Below, piece after piece: positions 49,756 to 63,365 of a DNA stretch of 64,000 nucleotides (position 1 is its first letter; each line of letters opens with the position of its first letter). Source of the stretch: Takakia lepidozioides (Eukaryota; Plantae; Bryophyta); the NCBI GenBank assembly GCA_030704615.1, contig CM060732.1, positions 64,108,001-64,172,000 on the forward strand. The letters are read 5' to 3'. The notes beneath the pieces were generated by a model, which saw only the letters and a list, made by a program, of their open reading frames with translations, had not been told where the DNA came from and made no database searches. The position numbers and the translations under genes are program-made.

Positions 49756-52700
49756 ATGAAGAGAGTGAGAGGAATGGAGGAAATCAGGGTGAAGAGCACC
49801 ACAATTCTGCAGAAACAAACGATGGCTACCCCACAGGCGATAAGATACTGGAGGAGCTGAGATTGGAAGGATTGCAAAGCCTAGATTGGACACTACACCA
49901 TAGACAGTACATGTTACAATTTTTGCAGAACTTTGAGCCAAGGACAGGAACAACAACGGTGAAGGGAGTTGAATTAATGATTACTCCCCTATACCTCCAG
50001 CAATTGTTTCAATTGCCAGCAGGTCAGGTGCATGTGGGGGAACACAGGGCAAGACTGCAAATAGGGGATTTATTCCAAGAAGGGAGTTTCTTTAAAACTC
50101 AGGGTTATGCTTGTACCAAAGCTGTGTACCCAGGGTTAAAAGAGATAGGCCAGGTATTGAACGTTCTGTTGCCCTGAAACAGAACCAACAATATTTGAGC
50201 AGATCCTTCACAGAGGAAATACTCAAAGGCCTGAAGGGACAAGAGGTACAATGGGCGGACATAATGTACAACGCACTAGTAGAGGAGATGAAAAGATTAC
50301 AAGGTACTACCGCAAAGTCTCCTATCATAGTGTCTGGCCCAATCATTGCTCAAATAATCCTTAATTCTGGCATACTTAATGCACAAGAAAGGAAGGAAAT
50401 GGGAGTGTTTGAGCCAGAAACAACTGCAATGGAAGAGCAAGGCTCTTCACACAGTGAGGGTGGACTAGCAGCACAACCCGAGACTAAGAGGCAGAGAAGG
50501 GGAAAGACTGTAGTGGCGGATCCACTGGCTTCACGGATTCCGCATGATAATGTTTCCCAAGCTCATGACCAGGAAGGGGCACAGCAGCACAAAAGAATGT
50601 TATTACTGGAAGCAGGACCTTCAGAGAGGGAGGAGGAAGTTACTTCTGCATCACAACGCCAACACAGCCACTTGAACGACTTGTCACAAGTTATCCATGC
50701 AGCTCAACCCGAAATAATTGATTTGGAAAGTGAAGGGATAGATATTCCAACTACAGAACAGATAGTGGCAGAAATAGAGAAAGGGGACCTTCTCTATGAA
50801 TATTCTGGTCTGGTCAAGGAGACAGAAATCCCAGAGGTGCAACAGTTGCCCAAGGGAAATCCTGAGGTGCATATAATGCACACACCTGTGTCGGAGGTAC
50901 CACAGGCGGAAGGTCATGACACTGTAACACCAGTCATAGATGAAGTAGTTCAGGAAGAAAATCCGGTGGGACAATGGCCTGAATGGTTAGTGAGACATCA
51001 TACTGTTGAAGATCAGGAGGAACAGCAGCAACCTCACCATGATGACCCTCAACAGGCAATGCTGATGAGTTCCATAGGCAGGACACTTAATTTGTTGGGG
51101 ACTTATGTCAAATCCCATGTTCCAATTACCCAATTGACAGCCTTGAAAGAGGAACTCAGGAAGGAGTTTGAGGCTCGACTTGCCACTGAGTGTGCAAACA
51201 AGGTCGATGAAGAGGTCACTCTCAAGATGAAGCAGGACTTGGGCAATACAGAAATGGCTTTGCAGTTGGCCAAGCAACAATTGATTGAGGCAGGCCTCAC
51301 GCAAGACCAGTTGCACGAAGCACATAAGCAACAGCTATACCAAATGCAGGTGCAGCATGAAGCAAGTTGCAAGAACTGAATGCACTACATACGGAGTTGC
51401 AGACAGTGCATAACAGGATGGCGATACAATGTGCTACATTTACAACTATGCTTGACCAATCAACAAAAAAATAAACAGTCAAGCGGAAAAAATGTACGAA
51501 GGCAGAAGAAGAGAATGTGGAGCAAATGAAGCTCATTGTCGATATGAAGAATACAATCTGTCGCCATGAAGATACTTTCAAGCAATACAGGCAGAGGGAA
51601 GCTGATCAAGAGAAACACATCGTGGAGTTGCAACAAACCATCGTGGCCAATAGAAATGAAATCGCGGTCAGTAACAAGGCTTCGAAGGAAGCCAATAATC
51701 TACTTGCTGCCTATGCGCAATTGGTTGAGCCACAGGCGAAGCGCATGGAGGCTTTACAACAGCAGTTGGAATTGTACAAGCTAAGAGAGGAGCAAACTCT
51801 CAGGGGAACCACAAGCAGCTTGGTGGATAACAGCCTTATGCAGGTTTGGTTAGCACAAGGGCCAGTAGAGGGCAAAAGTCCATGGAAGCTCACCCAAAGC
51901 GAGATGAATGAGCTCAGACTGCAGGTGCAGAACATTGCCACAACTACTATAGACAATATCTATAGTAGGATAGCAGAGTTACAAGAGGATGTAGACGGAC
52001 TCCAGACTCAAGTGAAGACCTCACTTCAAACATCGACCAAAGAGTCTATATCCCTCAGGAACAGCTAATGGCTTCTTATTTGCAAGCCAGAACTCTGGCT
52101 TTTCAGTCTTCACAGGAGGTGTAGGAGATGCCAATGATACAGGAGCCAGTACCACCACCACCACAACAGGTCAGTGTACCAGTAGCTGAACCTGTGGTTA
52201 CTACAACCACACCACAGCCACCACAGCCGGAGGTATGGGGCAATGCCGCTTTTAACCCACCTAAAACTCCAGCTGCAAGGGAGTACAGCAGGGCTATGCT
52301 TATGCCCTTCAACCAAATTCCCATCATGTTGGATTTGGCTTGGAAAGAATTTAGTCCTCCGCAGTCATTCGCACATTACTACCAAATCATGCGTATTTGG
52401 CTGCAAGTGGCAACTAGGACTAAAGTTCTTCCAAACAATCGACATATTGAAGATCATCACTTTGCACAATACTGGCACGAGGCAGGTACCATGTTGAGGG
52501 AATTGGTTGCTTTCCAGGTTGTACATGGACTCATTTATACCAAGACCAAGGAGATAGCAAGTATTGTCATGGGGTGCGGCTATACTACGCTGCTTGTTTT
52601 CTGGTACGTTACCACATTGAGCAACAAAAGATGCAAACACGCTTTCAAAGTTACTCCAGTGGAGATCATTGGGTATTACCTTCGGTGCCACCTCATATGT

Positions 52701-53317
52701 ACCTATATGACCCAAAAGTTATGATGCAGAAAGATTCTCAAATTCGTTCATGGTTTCAAGCAGCCTGCAACCATTTGTCAACACAGAAATTCGGACTTGA
52801 TGACATTTTCTATAAGGGATATGTGGCATGGAAGTACTTGCACGCTGCACCAGTAATTGGTACCCCACTCATCTGGACAGACAAGGAGCTCAGTGCCTAC
52901 ACCAATTTTGCTGTTCAGCGGTTACACCAAGTTGTAAAATACAAACTTCCCGACATGGTAGGACAGCATTGTATGCCCCAGATGATTCCACAAAAAGTTC
53001 GAAAATTAAAACACCTGAGAGGCGATGAGGATTCTGATACAACTGTTTCTTCACAGAATTCTTTTGACATGGGAGAAGACTATGCAATTCAGATGGAAGA
53101 GAAGAAACAAAGGGGATCTCCTATGCCGGAAAGATTACCTCGATATCAGCCTCCAGAAGGCCTCACTTATCCAGGTAGTGATCAACCATCTCCATCAACC
53201 AGAGACAGACCTCGGGCTCGTACACACAGCCCACCACGAAACTATCAACGTCAACAAGGTGCTCACTCACAAGGTTTGCTACTCGAAACAGTAAACCGTG
53301 AGGACACGGCTTTTTGA
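49756..53317 (+). CDS. Large extra sense ORF in the env-like position (coiled-coil; plant-transposon-protein-like N-terminus), frameshifted
   Basis: Consecutive ORFs 49863, 50111, 51517, 52128 and 52574 end at the PPT. MLQFLQNFE...TVKGVELMITPLYLQQLFQLP and GQEVQWADIMY resemble Athila-type ORF2 proteins. Long heptad-rich stretch. Confidence 0.7.
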
Positions 53318-53332
53318 GGGGGGAAGGGGTAA
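53316..53332 (+). other. Polypurine tract
   Basis: GAGGGGGGAAGGGGTAA immediately before the 3' LTR. Confidence 0.9.
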
Positions 53333-54314
53333 TGTTAGAGGACTGTAGGGGACTTAGACACTTATACGGGATCTGTAGGGTACCCTTAATTTTGCACAGA
53401 CTGAGACCAACAGGAGCCTTAGGGGTGACAGCAGCGCACTGTAGAGGGGGGTTACACAGTCGTCACAGCCGACACAGCCCACACAGCCGACACAGCCCGT
53501 CACAGTCGTCACAGCCCACACAGCCGACACAGCCCACACAGCCCACACAGCCAACACAGCCCGTCACAGTCGTCACAGCAGACACAGCCCACACAGCCCG
53601 TCACAGTCGTCACAGCAGACATAGCCCACACAGCCAGTCACAGCCCGGCACAGCCAAACACAGCCAGTCATCGCTTGACACAGCTGTCACGATAATAGGG
53701 AACGAAGAGTAGGACAGGGAACGACTGTGGGAACAATACCTGTGAAGGGAACATGTTAGTTCACAGACGACGGTTAGAGAGGGAAACGGTTAGAACCGCG
53801 GATAGGAGGATAAAGGGAGAAACGGGGAATGAAGGAGGGATTATTCGGGGAGGACTTCTGAGTCAGGCTGGAGCGGAGATCGGAGGCAAGAGATGGAGAG
53901 CACGGTGAAGGAGAAAAGAGGATTAGTAGATGCTTGTTATATGCAAAGCTGTAGTGATATTGGAGAGCAGATTAGAGACATAATGGCTTCGGCCTGATAC
54001 CTGATAAATCATAATCTGATACTTATAAGATACAATCACACTGTGTAGAGAGATCTGAGAGAAGCTGTGGATTGAATGGATGAGTGAAGGAAACCGATAG
54101 ATTGATGAAGCAAACTGATACTTAATTATCAATGGTAAGGTAGCTAAGATGAATGCGAAAAGGGAAACAAATAGGAAACACCCCCATGATACACTAGCTG
54201 TAGGTCATGACTGATTGTTCTGCGCGGGCTGAGTACTTAGAGATTTCCAACTCTTCTATCTTGGAGTTTCCGCCTCGGATAGCGAAGGGATGGGTGAGTA
54301 AAAGCCGCGCGACA
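53333..54314 (+). repeat. 3' LTR
   Basis: Direct repeat of 41442-42418. Confidence 0.97.
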
Positions 54315-55324
54315 CACATGCTCTCCCTCATTCCCCACCCGACTGCACCAATGAGGCCAGCCATGTTGTTGCCTCCTGAAGACAAATAACCCCTCCAAAT
54401 TCAAAAAAAGAAACAAACAACAAAGAAAATCATGCATGCAAAGGAAAGGATAAAACATGGAACAAGGTGCGACAGTTGTACCTTTGCAAGCTTGTCCGAC
54501 TCGCCCCCGGTGTCACCCGATGTGGTAGGAGTCCCTGTTGCCGGTGTGCCCACGCTATCCCCTCCCGGAGCGCCACTGGAAGTAGATTCCAGATGTGGAG
54601 CATAGCCGGCGGCGGCGCCCCGTAGTCCAGGCCCTTCTTTGCTGACCACTCAGGCTCAGGGGGCGGCGTCGCTGATCGGCTAGGCCGCTCCAAACCGGCC
54701 CATACCTCCTCCCCCCCCCCCCCCCCCCCAAATGCGTATTAGGGTAGAAGCCCTCATCCGGCTTGACTTCTTCGAGGCGCTTCGCTATCTCGGCCACTTC
54801 ATTGGCCCTCCTCGTCTCCTCCTCCCTCATCGACAACATTGGGCTAGCAATGGAGGCTTTCAAAGGCCCTTGAACCTGACGTTGGGCCTTGGCAAAGTGC
54901 AGCCTTTGCTGCGGAGGAAGGGGTCGCTATGGGGGTGACATCCAAAAGTTGCCCATACCGGGCCCCCGAGCGGGTGATGTGCTTGCCAAGTACATTTCAC
55001 CCGTCTTGGTGGCCAGGGGTGTGCTCAACTGAGCATCCGGCTCAGCAACAACCTCCCGAATAAGAGAGCTAGCTGAGCCGGCCCTTGGCGCATCCAAGAT
55101 GTGGACAAGAGGGGGGGTACTGGCCTCGGGGGGCAGATGAGCCCTCCGGCTGCGGTTGTCGACGGGGTTGGTTAACTGTGAGACGCCCTGGCGCGTCACA
55201 CGTGCCGGCAGAGCAAATGGATTGTCCGCCCCTTTCTTTGGGGTAGGGGACTTCTTCTCTTCTCTTTCCCCATAAGCTGGCACCTGTCATGCAAACCCAC
55301 AAGTTGGCCTCATTAGGAAACAAC

Positions 55325-58300
55325 CAGTGTTGGGCGGTTATGAACTTTGGCCGGTTATAACCGCCTGTTATTAGACCGGTTATATATATATATATATATA
55401 TATGCGGAGGAGGTGCAAAAATAAAAATAAAAACCCGAATATAAACAGATCCGGCAGAGGCTAGGGGTTGAGATAACCGGCGGGCTTCGAGAACCGGCGA
55501 GCAAGTTTGGTTTTTTATTTATTGGTATCCGGCCATGGCCTTAAAAAAGGACCTGGTTATCAATAAATAGTGTCAGCATATACCCTTGCTAAGATTAATG
55601 TGACACATCAATCCAAGGCGATAGGGTTTAGAAACAAGTTTCGCCAGTTGGTTTGGTGTGAAGAATGCTTTTCGTCTTTTCATGGTGGCTAAGAAGATCC
55701 GTAGTAAACCTCCCTTCATTGTGAGGCGGCTGCTGGATTCGGCTGCTGGAGTACGTAATTAATTAGGTGTGGAAGGGCGGCAACCACCTCTCAAGCTATT
55801 GAGATAGTATGCGGGCCCCTCTTTCCATTTTGTTATTATGTTGGTTTAGTTTAGGATCTATGGAGCATGCACTGGCCTCTATGATCTGTGGTGGAACCCA
55901 CTTGAGAGTATGGAGGAGTCTTCAGACAGGAGCAAGCTATCTTACACAGATGTGTGATGTGTGGTGGAACCCACATTTTGTGTGAAGTAGCTAGAGGGAC
56001 GGTGGGGCAGGTCCGAGATTGCAAGGCCATCTTGACTTGTAATTTAGGGTGTCTGGAGCATGGATGTCATGGCCCTGCATCGTGTGATCATGTGTGGTGG
56101 AACCCACACTTTGTCAAGTAGTTAAAAGCTTTTCATGTGTTTCTTGATCAACTTTTAGCTCTGCAAACCAGATTTCTATCTTGAGGGCATTAAGTTACTA
56201 TGAATTGAATGAGATGTGGGCAATGGATAGTCAATGTGCAAGTGCTTCTATGCATGATTTGGTTTCTGATCACTCTGCCCCTATACGGGAATCTTTAGGA
56301 TCTGCCAGCAGTAACCATGCTACAAAATCATTGAATCGACATGTGGAGATTGGGAGTTTTGGGGGGCCCACGGAGAGCCAGGAACCAAGTGAGCAAGTGG
56401 TGTCATCTAATGATGAGGAAGGGGAGTGACTATTGCTAGACAGTCAGCTACGACTCTTGCATGAACAGGCCCGATTCTGGAAACCTCACAATCGAAACTC
56501 TCCAACATGGGCGTTTTACAACATCAATGACAACATGCCAGTGGATGCAGCTAAGCCTCAGGTAATGCGATGCATTATGTGTCATACTGCCACAGTTGGT
56601 CCTGCCATATTAGCATTACGCACCAGATGTCGAAAAGGTCTCATCACGTACTTCAAGGCCAATGGCATCACAGCGATGAGAAAACATGTTGAGGTAGAGC
56701 ACTTGCGGGTGTCTTCAAAATATAAAGAGAAAGTAAATAGTAGAGAGAGGAACCCTTTGGATCGACGGCCTGCTAAAAAACGTCCTGGTGTCAGTCCAAC
56801 CGCAATTTCAGAATATTTTGGGGCTGTCAACCCATTCAAGAAAGATGACCTAGTCCAAAAGGCCTTTTTGGAGGATCTGGTTTTGATGGTCATTAAACAG
56901 TACATTTCTCTTAGGACAGTCGAGTCGATCTGGCTACAAAGAATGGCCCTCCGTCTATGTCCCAGGGTAGTCTTCCCAAGTAGGAAAGTTTTCACTGATG
57001 AGGTGTTGCCTTCACTAGTTGAGAGAACCTTACAAACTTTTGTTGTTCTTGCTTTGGCCTCTTGTGTCTCGGCTATAGCCAGCTTTGATTTGTGGATGTC
57101 CAAAGGAGCTTATGATGTTTTTGCCCTCGTCATTAACTTCTTGTCATCTGATTGGGAACCAAAACATGTAACCATAGGCCTGTTTGAAGCCACAGAAACA
57201 AGTGGTCAGGCCATGGCCATGAAACTTCAGCAACTTCTTGCTAAGTTCTCTTTGACAAAAAAGATATTGTGCTATGTAAAAGACGAGGGTTCAAATTTGG
57301 CAAGCATGACACAAGCACTCAAGTCAGTTGTGAGTTGTGACAATTTACAGTTGAAGGAACCTTTCTCTGGATCATGCTTTGGACATGCTATGTCAAAAGC
57401 ATGCCAATACACCACCGCGGATGAGAAAGTATGTACAGGGTTATCTTATGTCTCCATCAAGGCTGCCCAAAGTGACATACAGAAATGCATTACATGGCCT
57501 AAGAAGTCAGGTAAGAGCCGTCAAGAATGGCAGAAGGCATGCATAGATTCTGGCATGCGGCCCCGCAAGCTTAATACTCCTGTCAAAACAAGGTAAGTTT
57601 GTTATTTTATGTTTGTTTGTACTATGATCATAATTAATGCATCTGTAATCTGATGTAGGCCTAGTAATAATTATGTCTTTACTGTGTATACTACTTTTGA
57701 TGCTTTGTGACAATCTGGTCATAACTATTAATATTACTGCAATCTGGTTAGAATTATGTTTTGTAATCTGGTTGTTTATTGTTTATAACCTAATCAATTT
57801 TCCTGCAACATTGTGGTCACCATTAATTGTTCATGATATTTGTTATGTGGTCACTCGTTGAATTTTGATGTAGTATCTATGGGGAGGGTGCAGGTTTGCA
57901 AGTAAGGTGTTGATGTTTGAGGATGCTCTACGTTTCCAAACTGCCATCAATTTATGCTACAGCTGTCAAACATTGGTCTTGCAAGCTCGAGTTCCGGTAA
58001 AACTTGGGCTATTGTTGGGGCTGTTGTGAAAACACTATCTCATGTTGTCACTAGTTGCGTGCTCAACCAAAGTCGAGGCCATTGGTTGCTCACCGACGCT
58101 TTGAATGTGGCAGTAACTATGTCGTTGCAATTCCAGCGAGAGATTGCAGCGATTACGATTGAAAACAGGTTTGTCGAAGCCTCACAACCAATGGCTTTGA
58201 CCGGGAGTTGGCTGATTTGAGTGTTGCAATGAAGAAAGAAGTGATTGGTGTTTTGTCACCTTTCTTGGCTTTCATGCATAAGTACGACAAGTCAAAAGCC

Positions 58301-58551
58301 CATAATATGCTTGCTTTGATGCTTGAACCTCGCTTCAAGGGCATGGCTTTGGTTTCGGAGTATGTAGGCCGAGAGGTGGCCCTCCGAATCGTGGAAGAAT
58401 ATGACACGAAATCTTTACATCCTTTGCTTCTCACATGTTTCCAAGCTTTGGTACCATCTAGCCCCTTGGAAAGTGATTGTGGTCAAGTGCATGGCAACAC
58501 TCATGATTTATTCACGACCTCCGAAACAACGGCTGAAACCACCAAAGACAT
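55325..58551 (+). mobile_element. hAT DNA transposon, 5' part (interrupted at 58552)
   Basis: Starts CAGTGTT with subterminal CCGGTTA/TAACCG repeats and a (TA)n tract, followed by a hAT transposase. Confidence 0.8.
56181..58551 (+). pseudogene. hAT transposase with BED finger
   Basis: BED W..MRCIMC...KHVEVEH, catalytic SFDLWMS and VKDEGSN, CFGH, and TPVKTR|FAS across a GT-AG intron 57593-57893. LEPRFK corresponds to the usual LDPRFK. Frameshifts in exon 2, and the C-terminus is cut by the retroelement. Confidence 0.88.
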
Positions 58552-58986
58552 TGTCGTGCGCATACGTATCGCTACACAACTACATCGCTGTCCAAACCAC
58601 ACCACACATATATGCATAATAAAGTAGTCTGCCACAATGATAAGAAAGCTAAGAACACACCGTTCACACAAGAAACAACATGAATCCAACAGCATCACTC
58701 TTTAAGATAATAGTCGAGCTAGGGGAGCTGGTGGATAGGTCCCTCTAACTCCAGATAGCTACAAGATGTAATAGCCACAACCGTACAAAGTCCTCTATCA
58801 CTGTCCCTATTGTACTCAAACTCTAAAGACCAAGAGGCTGGGTACAAGAGTAGCCCCATCATTAGTCGCCGTCTTGTAATCTGTGAACTTGAGCCATGAT
58901 CTCGTGTGTTCAAGGTCTCCTAGTAGCTTGGCCTTGCATTTCTTGTTAGCCTCCCATGGTTGTATCCACTCCCACTATCCAATGCA

Positions 58987-59120
58987 TTATGGACATAACC
59001 AATCCCCATCCGGAACCATCTCAAGAGGTGGAGTCAAGCATCCCATATGCCAACCTCTAGAGCATCGATTACACACCAACATGGTGGCTGCCCCTTTAGC
59101 AGACCCACACAACATGCACC
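58987..59120 (-). other. PHD finger at the integrase C-terminus
   Basis: CMLCGSAKGAATMLVCNRCSRGWHMGCLTPPLEMVPDGDWLCP* is a C4HC3 pattern, with the last Cys lost behind a stop. Confidence 0.9.
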
Positions 59121-62100
59121 TCAAACTTGCAGATACCACTGCCAGGTTTGGGTCAATCATGCCATCGACATTTGGAAGGTGACATGGCGCACAATTACGC
59201 ACATGGTCCTTCCAAGTTATGCCATCCCGACCCTCTAAGACCAAGACGCCTGAGGGCAAGACCTCTCGAACCCTCAAAATAACACGTCCTGCAGTCACAT
59301 CCAAGGTCGTAGGAGCAGTCTGCTGCAGATAGACATAGTCACCAGGGTTGAATCTCCGAACCCTAGGACGATAGCCCCCACCATGTATGGTAGCATACCT
59401 CAACGTATCACGGTGTTGTGCAATGGCAAGGTTCTCGAAAGCCATGGGCATGACTTTCTTGAACAACTCTGCACGCTGCTCACATGCACGTGCCCACACG
59501 TCCGGATCGTCAAGGTTAAGAACTGTAGCAACTTCCCTGCGAATGGATGTAGGCAAATCCGGCTCTTGGCCAAAGAGAAGAAAGTATGGTGAGAAGGAGG
59601 CAAGTGATGCTTGCTTGCTGAACCTATAGCCCATGGCTAACCAGGGTAACTGAAGGTCCCAATCTCCTAGGTGTCCCTTCTGCAAGCCGTACTTGCGCAA
59701 ACCCCTCTTTACTATCTGAACAACTCTCTCTGCCAAGCCATCGGCCTCAAGATGATCCCGAGAAGTGGTGCGGTGGTCTATCAAGGCCTTGTCACACAAA
59801 GCCTGAAACTCCCCCAAGAACTTTCTCCCTTGGTCCGTGAGTATCTCAGCTGGAGCACCGAATCAGCTAAGCACACAATCCAAGAATGCAAACGCAGCTC
59901 CCTCACTAGCCTTATCAGACAATGGAACCAACTCAATCCACTTGGAGAAGTGCTCCACCATCACCAACACGTACTTGTTGTGGCGCATGGTCAGTGGCAA
60001 CGGCCCTGCAAAGTCAAGACTCCACCTGTAGCCCAATCCCATGATCGGAAGAGGGTGCAATTGTGGAGTAGGGGCGTTGAATGAAGCACGCACCCTGTCA
60101 CACACCATGCACCTAGCCACAAATTGTTGCACCTCTATGTGCATACCACGCCACCAATACTGCCCCTATAGTAGACTATGAGTGCGTCGCACCCCAAAAT
60201 GCCCCAACTCCTCATGGGCATGCCGCACTAACCGTGCCCGCTGTGTTGGGTGAGGCACAATCCTCACTCAACCATCCTCCCACACTCGGAGCAGGTGTGT
60301 TCCCTCCCACTTGAACCTCTTGGCTCGTTGTAGGATCCGATCTCTCTCCTTGGCAGTCACAGTGGCTGTCGTGTCTCCAGTGCAAAGATAGTCCAACATA
60401 GCTGAATCCTCATGTATATCTTTGGCGCCACCTTGCTCATTGCTGGCCTCAGGGTCCTCAGACACTTGATCCACAGTCATCCCTGTTGCAGGTCCAACCT
60501 GGCCTTCCGCTGCCAAGATACACAGAAATGCAGATGCATGCCATCCGGGCACCATCTCCTCGTCTATCTCACCATGCCACTGAGCTCCAGTGTCATCCTG
60601 CTGGCTCGTGCATGGATTGCGACTCAACCCATCTGCATTGCGATTGACCAAACCCGGTCGATGCACCACCTGAAAGTCATACTCTTGAAAGATGAGTGCC
60701 CACCGTGCAAGCTTCCCCGTAAGCTTGTCTGACTCCATCAACCACTTGAGTGGTTGGTGATCCGTGACAAGGGTGAAGAGATTGCCGTATAGATAGCACC
60801 TGAAGTGTGCCACGGCCCACACTGCAGCTAAGCATTCTCCCTCATATGAGCTATACTTAGACTTGGCAGCATTGTTCAAGCGGCTAGCGTAAGCCACTAC
60901 GAACTCTCTTCCCTCATCATCCACCTGTGTGAGCACTGCTCCAAGCCCCAGCATGCTCCAATCCGTATGCAGCTGAAAAGGACGCCCCCTGATAGGTCGT
61001 CTCAAGATGGGTGCCGAGGTCAACCTCGCCTTGAGCTCTTGAAAAGCTTGTTCTTGCTCATCTTCCCACTGCCACTCCTGGTCCACCTTGGTCAGCTTGG
61101 TTAGAGCCTTTGCAATGGCACTAAATCCCTTAACAAACCGTCTATAATAGTTTGCTAACCCCATGAAAGCTCGAACTCGGCTTACATCCGTGGGGCGTGG
61201 AACCTGTGCAATGGACTCTACCTTAGTCTGTTGTACCCCCAATCCTCCAGGATATATCATGTGACCCAGATACTCAATCTGGTTGTGGAAAAACTTGCAC
61301 TTTCCCGGATGTAACTTCAATCCGTGCGCCCTCAAGCGCTCAAATACCCCCTGAAGGTGTCTCTCATGCTCTTCCACCGTAGCACTAAAAATGATGATGT
61401 CATCTATGTAGCACCGAGCAAATTCCACCCCTGCTAGAATCCTGTCCATGACTCTCTGAAATTCTGCCGGAGCGTTCTTAAGCCCAAATGGTAAGAACCG
61501 CCACTGGTATAGGCAATCCTTCCCATGCTCATTGATCCCCCAGAATGCCGTCTTTTGCTTACCCGCCTCCTTGATCGGCAACTGGTGATATCCGGATCGT
61601 AAATCCAACGTGCTAAAGACCTTGGCATGCCCAATGGCATCAAAGATCTCCTCTGGTGTCGGCATGGCATACCTATCGGACTTGGTCTGACGATTTACAG
61701 GCCGGTAATCACCGCACATACGTCTCTCCGTCCAATTGCCATAGACATCCTTCTTGGCTGGCATCACTGTGGCTGAAGCATACTCTCCCCCAGATAGCTC
61801 CACCAAACCATCCTCCCAAAGGTCTTGAGTTCTCATCTGAATCAAGGACCTCTCCATGTCACTGTATCTATAGGGTCTCCGAAAGATTGGCGTGTCAGTA
61901 GCCAATTCAATGTGAATCTCTTGACCCTTCAGTGCTCCTAAGTCCTTCAAACTAAAGGCAAAGCAATTCCTGTAAGCCCTCAGGAACCACCGTATACGTC
62001 GTCTCTGTCCTCCGGTGACAATGGGTCCAATGTCAGGCTCCCAATTGTCCTCCGTAACTGCAACCTTAAGTCTAGTGGGCTTAGAGGTAGAGGATGCGTC

Positions 62101-62399
62101 CCGTGGTTGCTATGCCGCAACCTCTTGAGCAGTACTCCCTGCCTGCTCAGTCAATGACAAAGCCTCATCCTGCCCCATCATCTCATTCTTGAGGACCTCA
62201 TCAACCCGAGAAGAATCCCCAACCTCATCCATCACAGCTGCCTTGGTTGCCAACTCCCTCTGAACCTCGAGCACCTCCCACGTGTGCCATGGATGTCTAC
62301 ACCCCGTGGTCCTCGCCGGCTTGCCCCCACTAGCTGCCTGTACCGTCTTGGTAGACAGAGAGACCGTCAAGGGAAGTGCACTCCGCACTCTACGTTGCT

Positions 62400-63365
62400 C
62401 AGCCATAGCGAAGCTGATAATCCAGGTCAAGCAATTGAGATCCATTGCTTGCCCCAACACCTGACGACGTGATGCCTCAGAAAGAGAAGGCACCGTCGTG
62501 GTCCCAGTGGAAAACCCCATAGCCCGCTCTCGCTCGTCGGCATTAGGCTCCACTAACTGCTGCAACTGATCATCCCACAGGAGGCCAGGTCCACCATCCC
62601 GAAAAGCATGGGATCCTGGGAAGCTGAGCAGTGTAGGTAATGCTGCTCGTGGTTGACCCACCCTGTTGACCACTGCCAAAGGCGAACGGTCATCGTGTCT
62701 CACACGTTGAGACTGCCTCCCTGTGTCCAAAATATTGTCCACTGTGAGATGTGTTGGCCGCTGCACCCCATCAAATGCACGCTTGAGCAGTGCGGGTGGC
62801 ATCAAGTTAGTCCACCATAGCCGTGGATGATGAGCCCGTGATCCCACTGCAGCTGCATCCAGCAGCACTGCTGACCCAAGCCACGACCGGACTTGATGCA
62901 CACTGGCCATCACCCTGGCCCGAGAATCGCCCATCAGTGGCACATTCTCCAAGATGTATGCTGGAGATACAGCTTGATGAAGCTGCAAGTGGCGCAAAAT
63001 CCGTACCATCTCCCAAAACAGACCCGTCCTCGAGTCTCGCAATCCATTGTCATGCCCGGCTGATGAATGCCCTTGGCAGGGCCAACCTGCCACTACCAGA
63101 TCAATGGAGCCAACCTGCTCCAAATCCTGCGCCCCCAGCAACGAAATGTCTGCTGGCAAGGCTTGTTGGTATCCACGAACTGCAGACACTGACAACAAAT
63201 CAGGGTACTGTTGTACCAATTGAGCAACATGGCGCAGTGAGACGCATTGTGCAGTCTCATCTTTCTCCACATACAGGTAACGCCTTACCCGCACACCTGC
63301 CTATAGCACAGCAGCCAATCCGGTGCTGATCCCGCCAAACAAGTCCAGAAGGCAAATGTCTTCAT
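62400..63365 (-). pseudogene. Retrotransposon-borne C5 cytosine methyltransferase domain (DNMT3/DRM-like motifs)
   Basis: Motif I LLDLFGG, IV AGWPCQ, VI ILENV, VIII HHPRLWWTN, IX ERERAMGF and X LGQAMD. TAG at 63301-63303 interrupts after motif I. Confidence 0.93.

Larger units (their letters stand above)
41442..54314 (+). mobile_element. Full-length Ty3/gypsy LTR retrotransposon (non-chromovirus-like) with extra 3' ORF
   Basis: Near-identical LTRs TGTTAG...GCGACA, TSD CACGT/CACAT, PBS, PPT, and gag-PR-RT-RH-INT order. Confidence 0.97.
40461..55283 (-). pseudogene. Degenerate En/Spm (CACTA) TnpA-like gene interrupted by the gypsy element (parts 55283-54315 and 41441-40461)
   Basis: Removing 41442-54314 and one TSD joins ...GNEGEHV|VFMKDPNTKGKKK in frame. 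The segment NRHGDPCGAF...RWFPLYIEWAD...RELDRRFPG..SD..VMEMVGRNLKDRRYRAR resembles TnpA-type proteins, judged by eye. Confidence 0.5.
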
